Below the pieces are notes generated by a model. It made no database searches. It had not been told where the DNA came from and was given only the letters and a program-made list of their open reading frames with translations. The position numbers and the translations under genes are program-made. Below are positions 5,241-10,064 of a stretch of 10,064 nucleotides of DNA, in pieces. Origin of the DNA: Candidatus Eiseniibacteriota bacterium (GTDB lineage: Bacteria; Eisenbacteria; RBG-16-71-46); the NCBI GenBank assembly GCA_031366795.1, contig JANLOX010000073.1:1-10064 (forward strand). The letters are read 5' to 3'. Positions within the stretch are counted from its first letter, which is position 1. Every line of letters begins with the position of its first letter.

Positions 5241-7988
5241 CTACGCGTCTCGCGGCTCCGAGGCTTCCGGGTTCACGTTGAGGTCGCGCATCGCCTGCTC
5301 CACGACACCGCCGGCGATCTTGCCATCGCGGCATAGCGCCGACAGCACCGCCACGACAATGCTCGCGGCATCGACTTCGAAGTGACGGCGCAATGAATCG
5401 CGCGTGTCACTGCGGCCAAAGCCGTCGGTGCCGAGCGGGGTGAACGGGTTCTTCACCCAGCGTCCGACCATGTCGGGCACGGACTTCATGTAGTCCGTCG
5501 CCGCCACGACCGGCCCCGGCGAGTTCGCCAGCAACTGCGTGACGTACGGCACGCGGGCGGGCTCGGCCGGATGCAGCCGGTTCCACCGTTCGCAATCGAG
5601 CGCATCGTTGCGAAGCTGCTGGAAGCTCGTGGCACTCCACACATCCGCCGCGACATCGTACTTCTGGGCGAGTATGTCCTGTGCCTTTAGCACCTCACGC
5701 ACCATCACGCCGCCGCCGATCAACTGCGCGCGGTGCTTCGCCTGCTGTACGGCGGCCCGGTACAGGTACATGCCGCGCAGGATGCCGTCCTCGACGCCGC
5801 TCGGCAGAGCGGGCATCTGGTCGTCCTGGTTGTAGAGCGTGAGGTAGTAGTAGATGTCCTCGCCATTCACATACATGCGCTGGAGGCCGTCACGAATGAT
5901 CACGGCGACTTCGTAAGCGAACGCCGGGTCGTACGCACGCACGCACGGCACGGTCGAAGCCAGCACATGACTGTGACCATCTTCGTGCTGCAGGCCCTCG
6001 CCATTGAGCGTCGTGCGGCCGGCCGTGGCGCCGAGCATGAAGCCCCGGCCGCGCGCGTCGCCGAACGCCCAGGCGAAGTCGCCCGTGCGCTGGAAGCCGA
6101 ACATCGAGTAGAAGATGTAGAACGGGATCATCGGCTCGCCATGCGTGGCGTAGCTGGTGCCGGCGGCGGTGAAGCTCGCCATCGAACCGTCCTCGGTGAT
6201 GCCTTCCTCGAGCAGCTGCCCCGTGGGCTTCTCGCTGTACGACAGCACGAGCTGCGAATCGACGGGATCGTACTTCTGTCCAAATGGAGCGTAGATCCCG
6301 ATTTCGCGGAACAGCACTTCCATGCCGAACGTCCGCGCTTCATCGGGAATGATCGGCACGACGCGCTTGCCCCACGCCGGGTCGCGCAGCAGGTTGCGGA
6401 TCAGCTTCGCCGTCACCATGGTCGTGGAGACGAGCTGGCCTTCCTTGGTGCCGAGCATGAACTCGCCGAACACCTTGTCTTCAGGCGCGGGCAGCGGCTT
6501 CGAGCGGTTCATGCGGTGGGGCATGCAGCCGTGCAGCACGCGGCGGCGCTCCAGCATGTACTTCACTTCGTCACTGTTCGCGCCCGGGTGGTAGAACGGC
6601 GGATCCTCTAGTTCCGAATCCTTGATTGGTAGCTCCAGGCGGTCGCGGAACTTGCGCAGCTCCTCGACCTTCAGCTTCTTCATCTGGTGCGTCATGTTGC
6701 GGCCCTCGGCGGTCGCGCCGAGCGTCCAGCCCTTGACGGTCTTGGCGAGAATCACAGTGGGGCGGCCCTTATGCGCGATCGCGGCCGAGTAGGCGGCGTA
6801 CATCTTCTTGTAGTCGTGGCCCCCGCGGCGCAGGCCGCGGATCTGCTCGTCGCTCAGGTGCTCGACCATCTTGAGCAGGCGCGGGTCGCGGCCGAAGAAG
6901 TGCTCGCGAATGTAGCCGCCGGTCTCGACGGCATAACGCTGCCATTCCCCGTCGACGGTCTCGTTCATGGCTTCGACCAACTGGCTGTCGTAGTCCTCGG
7001 CCAGCAGCGGATCCCAATCACGCGACCACACGACCTTGATGACGTTCCAGCCGGCGCCGGTGAAGATCGCTTCGAGCTCCTGGATGATCTTGCCATTGCC
7101 GCGCACCGGTCCGTCGAGCCGCTGCAGGTTGCAGTTGACGACGAAGGTGAGGTTGTCGAGTCCTTCGCGCGCCGCGAGCGACAAGGCTCCCGGAACTTCG
7201 GGCTCGTCGGTCTCGCCATCGCCCAGGAACGCCCACACGCGGCTGTTGGTGGTGTCCTTGATGCCGCGCGCCTGCAGGTAGCGGTTGAAGCGCGCCTGGT
7301 ACACGGCGCTCATCGGCCCAAGGCCCATCGATACCGTGGGGAACTCCCAGAAGTCGGGCATCAACCGCGGGTGCGGGTAGGACGACAGTCCCTGTCCGGG
7401 TACCACTTCGCGGCGGAAGTGATCGAGCTGGGCTTCGCTGATGCGTCCTTCGAGGAAGGCGCGCGCGTAGATGCCCGGTGCGGCGTGGCCCTGGAAGAAG
7501 ATCTGGTCGCCCGAGCCGCCATCGTCCTTGCCGCGGAAGAAGTGGTTGAAGCCGACTTCATACAGGCTGGCCGCGGAGGCGTAGGTCGACAGGTGACCGC
7601 CGAGCCCGGGATAGCGGCTGTTGGCACGCAGCACCATGACGGCGGCGTTCCAGCGGATGATGCGGCGGATCCGCAGCTCCATGTCCTCGTTGCCGGGGAA
7701 CGGCGGTTCCTGTTCCGGCGACAGCGTATTGATGTAGCGCGACTGGACCAGCCCGGGCAGACCGACTTGCAGCATGCGGGCGCGCTTGAGCACCTTACGC
7801 AGCAGGAAGTCGGCGCGCTCGCGGCCGGAGTTGCGCACGACGTCGTCGAGCGACTCGATCCATTCCCGCGTTTCAGTCTCATCGGGATCGGGCAGGTGTT
7901 GCTTAAAGGTAGACAAGAGGCTTCCGACCTCCTGATGCTCGTTGGCTTTCGTTTCGGCGATCAGTTTTTCGAGATCCTGCGTCGTCAT
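5241..7988 (-). CDS. aceE: Pyruvate dehydrogenase E1 component, homodimeric type (915 aa)
   Basis: DPDETETREW, YINT, GGHLSTYAS, SSYPHP, EFPTVSMGLG, ThDP motif GDGETDE...NCNLQRLDGP, RGGHD, THQMKK, PDEARTFGME, YSMFGFQR, TTLNGEGLQHEDGHS and LGTDGFGRSD all match AceE. The start codon is slightly uncertain (ATG 7988 versus TTG 7916). Confidence 0.96.
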   Translation of the reverse strand: MTTQDLEKLIAETKANEHQEVGSLLSTFKQHLPDPDETETREWIESLDDVVRNSGRERADFLLRKVLKRARMLQVGLPGLVQSRYINTLSPEQEPPFPGNEDMELRIRRIIRWNAAVMVLRANSRYPGLGGHLSTYASAASLYEVGFNHFFRGKDDGGSGDQIFFQGHAAPGIYARAFLEGRISEAQLDHFRREVVPGQGLSSYPHPRLMPDFWEFPTVSMGLGPMSAVYQARFNRYLQARGIKDTTNSRVWAFLGDGETDEPEVPGALSLAAREGLDNLTFVVNCNLQRLDGPVRGNGKIIQELEAIFTGAGWNVIKVVWSRDWDPLLAEDYDSQLVEAMNETVDGEWQRYAVETGGYIREHFFGRDPRLLKMVEHLSDEQIRGLRRGGHDYKKMYAAYSAAIAHKGRPTVILAKTVKGWTLGATAEGRNMTHQMKKLKVEELRKFRDRLELPIKDSELEDPPFYHPGANSDEVKYMLERRRVLHGCMPHRMNRSKPLPAPEDKVFGEFMLGTKEGQLVSTTMVTAKLIRNLLRDPAWGKRVVPIIPDEARTFGMEVLFREIGIYAPFGQKYDPVDSQLVLSYSEKPTGQLLEEGITEDGSMASFTAAGTSYATHGEPMIPFYIFYSMFGFQRTGDFAWAFGDARGRGFMLGATAGRTTLNGEGLQHEDGHSHVLASTVPCVRAYDPAFAYEVAVIIRDGLQRMYVNGEDIYYYLTLYNQDDQMPALPSGVEDGILRGMYLYRAAVQQAKHRAQLIGGGVMVREVLKAQDILAQKYDVAADVWSATSFQQLRNDALDCERWNRLHPAEPARVPYVTQLLANSPGPVVAATDYMKSVPDMVGRWVKNPFTPLGTDGFGRSDTRDSLRRHFEVDAASIVVAVLSALCRDGKIAGGVVEQAMRDLNVNPEASEPRDA

Positions 7989-8090
7989 GGTTCGTCCAGG
8001 TGATTGATGGACCTACCCCAATAATCGGCTACATTCCACCCCTTAGGATACTCGACCCCACCCATTCGCGCACCTGCGGCACCGGGCGCC

Positions 8091-8094
8091 GGAG
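8091..8094 (+). promoter_or_regulatory. Shine-Dalgarno site for the S9 peptidase
   Basis: GGAG 6 nt upstream of ATG 8101. Confidence 0.6.
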
Positions 8095-8100
8095 ACCGGC

Positions 8101-10064
8101 ATGCACACCCTCGAATTGCTGAATTCCCAGCAAGTCCATCCCGCCCGCGCGGGCAAGCGCCCCATGACGGCCGAGGACATCTGGCGGCTCCCGCGGGTCG
8201 GGACGCCTTCGCCCTCACCCGACGGCCTGGCGTGCGCGGTGACGGTCGGCCAGTGGGACTTCGACAAGCAGTCGTCGCGCAGCAGGATCTGGTGGGTACC
8301 GCTTAACGGTGAGCCGCGGGCGTTGACCGCTTCGGACAAGTCGAGCAGCGAGCCGCGGGTGTCGCCCGATGGCAGGCAGCTCGCATTCGTGCGCGGCGAT
8401 GGGGGCAAGGCGCAGATTCACTTGATGCCGCTCGATGGCGGCGAGGCGCGCGCGGTCACCGACCTGCCGCTGGGCGCCTTCGACCCGCGCTGGCTGCCCG
8501 ATGGTTCGGGGCTGGTGTTCGGCGCGCACCTCATCAAGGGGCACCTCACGCCCGACGCGACCAAGCTCGAGGTTGAACGCCGCGACAAGGATCCGGTGAA
8601 GGCGCACGTCACCGAGGAACGTTTCTACCGCTACTGGGACACCTGGCTCACCACGGGCGAGGTGGTGCACTTGTTCCACCTCGATCTGGCGACGGGTGTG
8701 CTGCGCGACCTGACGCCGGCGGTGACGTGGTGGTTCGAGTGGATGGATCCCTCGGGCCAGTTCGATGTCGCTCCCGATGGCAAGGAGATCGCCGTCAGCG
8801 CGATTGAATTCGACGCGCAGCGCAGCCTGATCCAGAGCTTCATCTGGACGCTCCCGCTCAAGGGCGGCGAGCCGCGTTGCGTCACGCGTGGCGAACACGC
8901 GGGGGATGACTTGCCGCGCTACACGCGTGATGGCCGTCACATCGTGTTCGGGCGCAAGCTGAATCCATTCTTCTATGCCGACCGCACGCGACTGATGCGT
9001 TACGACCGCGCCGCGGGATCGCTCGAAGCAATCGCTGCGGACTGGGAGCTGTCGCCTTCACACTGGGAGTTCGCGGCCGATGGCGCCTTGCTGATCGAAG
9101 CCGAGGATGCGGCGCGCATCTCGATGTTCCGGCTGGCCGGCGTGGGCAAGCCGGAGCGCATTGTGCGCGGCGGCGCCGTCGCGGGTGTCAAGCCCGCGGG
9201 CGAGCACATCTGGTATTCGCAGAGTTCGATGGCTGCGCCGCCGGAGGTTCACGTTTGCGATGCCAAGGGCGTGTCGCGTCGCGTGTCAAGCTTCACCGAC
9301 GCGGTCGTCGCGGAGTATTCGCTCGGCGAAGCGCGCGAGGTGACGTTCGCGGGCGCATTCGGCGAGCCCGTGCAGATGTTCGTGCTGCTCCCGCCGGGCC
9401 CTGCACCCACGACGCCGCAGCCGCTGGTGCAGATCGTCCACGGTGGCCCGCACGCCATCAGCGCCGACGCCTTCAGTTGGCGCTGGTACCCGCACCTGTT
9501 CGCGGCACCCGGCTACGTCGTGGCGTTAGTGAACTTCCAGGGCTCGACGTCGTGGGGGCAGGACTTCGCCAAGCGCATCCAGGGCGCCTGGGCCGAGCGG
9601 CCGTTCGAAGACGTGATGTTGGCGACAGACCTGCTGGTGGCCAGCGGCCTCGTCGACGAGCAGCGCATGGCGATGGCGGGCGGATCCTACGGTGGCTACA
9701 TGGCCGCATGGATCGCCGGGCACACGAACCGCTTCCGCTGCATCATCAACCACGCCGGCGTCGCGGACCTTGTGGGACAGTACGCGAGCGACGTGACGCA
9801 GGGCCGCCACGAATCCGCGGGCGGCGATGCCTGGGACGGCCTTGACAAGATGGAGCGCTGGTCACCCGTGCGCTTCGCGAGCGGCTTCAACACGCCCATG
9901 CTGGTGCTGCACGGCGAGCGCGACTATCGCGTCCCCGTCGGCCACGGGCTCGAGATCTACGGCATGCTCAAGGCCAAGGGAGTTCCGGCGCGGCTCGTGT
10001 ACTTCCCTGACGAGAACCACTGGGTGTTGAAGGCGCACAACTCGCTGCTGTGGTTCCGCGAGGT
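8101..10064 (+). CDS. S9 family serine peptidase (prolyl oligopeptidase clan, acylaminoacyl/dipeptidyl peptidase-like), truncated at the 3' end by the window edge
   Basis: Translated by hand: MHTLELLNSQQVHPARAGKRPMTAEDIWRLPRVG... It has propeller repeats (SPDG, PRVSPDGRQLAFV, PRWLPDG), then IVHGGPH, VNFQGSTSWGQ, nucleophile GGSYGG (Ser 9685-9687), LHGERDYRVP (Asp 9922-9924) and FPDENHW (His 10018-10020). I found no stop before the window end, which explains its absence from the ORF track. Confidence 0.94.
   Translation, partial: MHTLELLNSQQVHPARAGKRPMTAEDIWRLPRVGTPSPSPDGLACAVTVGQWDFDKQSSRSRIWWVPLNGEPRALTASDKSSSEPRVSPDGRQLAFVRGDGGKAQIHLMPLDGGEARAVTDLPLGAFDPRWLPDGSGLVFGAHLIKGHLTPDATKLEVERRDKDPVKAHVTEERFYRYWDTWLTTGEVVHLFHLDLATGVLRDLTPAVTWWFEWMDPSGQFDVAPDGKEIAVSAIEFDAQRSLIQSFIWTLPLKGGEPRCVTRGEHAGDDLPRYTRDGRHIVFGRKLNPFFYADRTRLMRYDRAAGSLEAIAADWELSPSHWEFAADGALLIEAEDAARISMFRLAGVGKPERIVRGGAVAGVKPAGEHIWYSQSSMAAPPEVHVCDAKGVSRRVSSFTDAVVAEYSLGEAREVTFAGAFGEPVQMFVLLPPGPAPTTPQPLVQIVHGGPHAISADAFSWRWYPHLFAAPGYVVALVNFQGSTSWGQDFAKRIQGAWAERPFEDVMLATDLLVASGLVDEQRMAMAGGSYGGYMAAWIAGHTNRFRCIINHAGVADLVGQYASDVTQGRHESAGGDAWDGLDKMERWSPVRFASGFNTPMLVLHGERDYRVPVGHGLEIYGMLKAKGVPARLVYFPDENHWVLKAHNSLLWFRE

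Noticed and set aside
6687..8003. 438-aa plus-strand ORF (also 5733-6611, 292 aa) antisense to aceE
   Set aside because: These are codon-register shadow ORFs expected opposite a high-GC3 gene, with no recognisable motifs.
8004..8017. TTGAT as an FNR box upstream of aceE
   Set aside because: Only a half-site is present. The matching ATCAA is absent (TTGAT-ggac-CTACC).
8215..9845. ORFs 8215-8940 (-), 9255-9845 (+) and other short ORFs in this region
   Set aside because: All overlap the S9 peptidase frame, which has clear catalytic motifs.

Overview
High-GC bacterial chromosomal window with six protein-coding genes and no recognisable RNA genes, CRISPR arrays or mobile elements. From left to right: (1) a probable three-gene operon of a class I SAM-dependent methyltransferase (68-676) overlapping cydA (673-2016) and cydB (2009-3052), which encode a short-Q-loop cytochrome bd oxidase; (2) a secreted modular protein (3215-5101) with a signal peptide, about 7 beta-propeller blades, a beta-sandwich domain and a FlgD-Ig/T9SS-like C-terminal domain; (3) an intrinsic terminator; (4) a stand-alone aceE, homodimeric pyruvate dehydrogenase E1 (minus strand, 5241-7988); (5) a divergent S9-family peptidase (8101 to beyond the window end) that is missing from the supplied ORF track. 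The C-terminal domain style and GC content suggest an FCB-associated lineage such as Ca. Eisenbacteria (inference only). The region is mostly housekeeping and I cannot demonstrate a new system. The best leads are the apparently leaderless methyltransferase-cydAB operon with non-canonical CydA residues, and the secreted protein with a T9SS-like tail.
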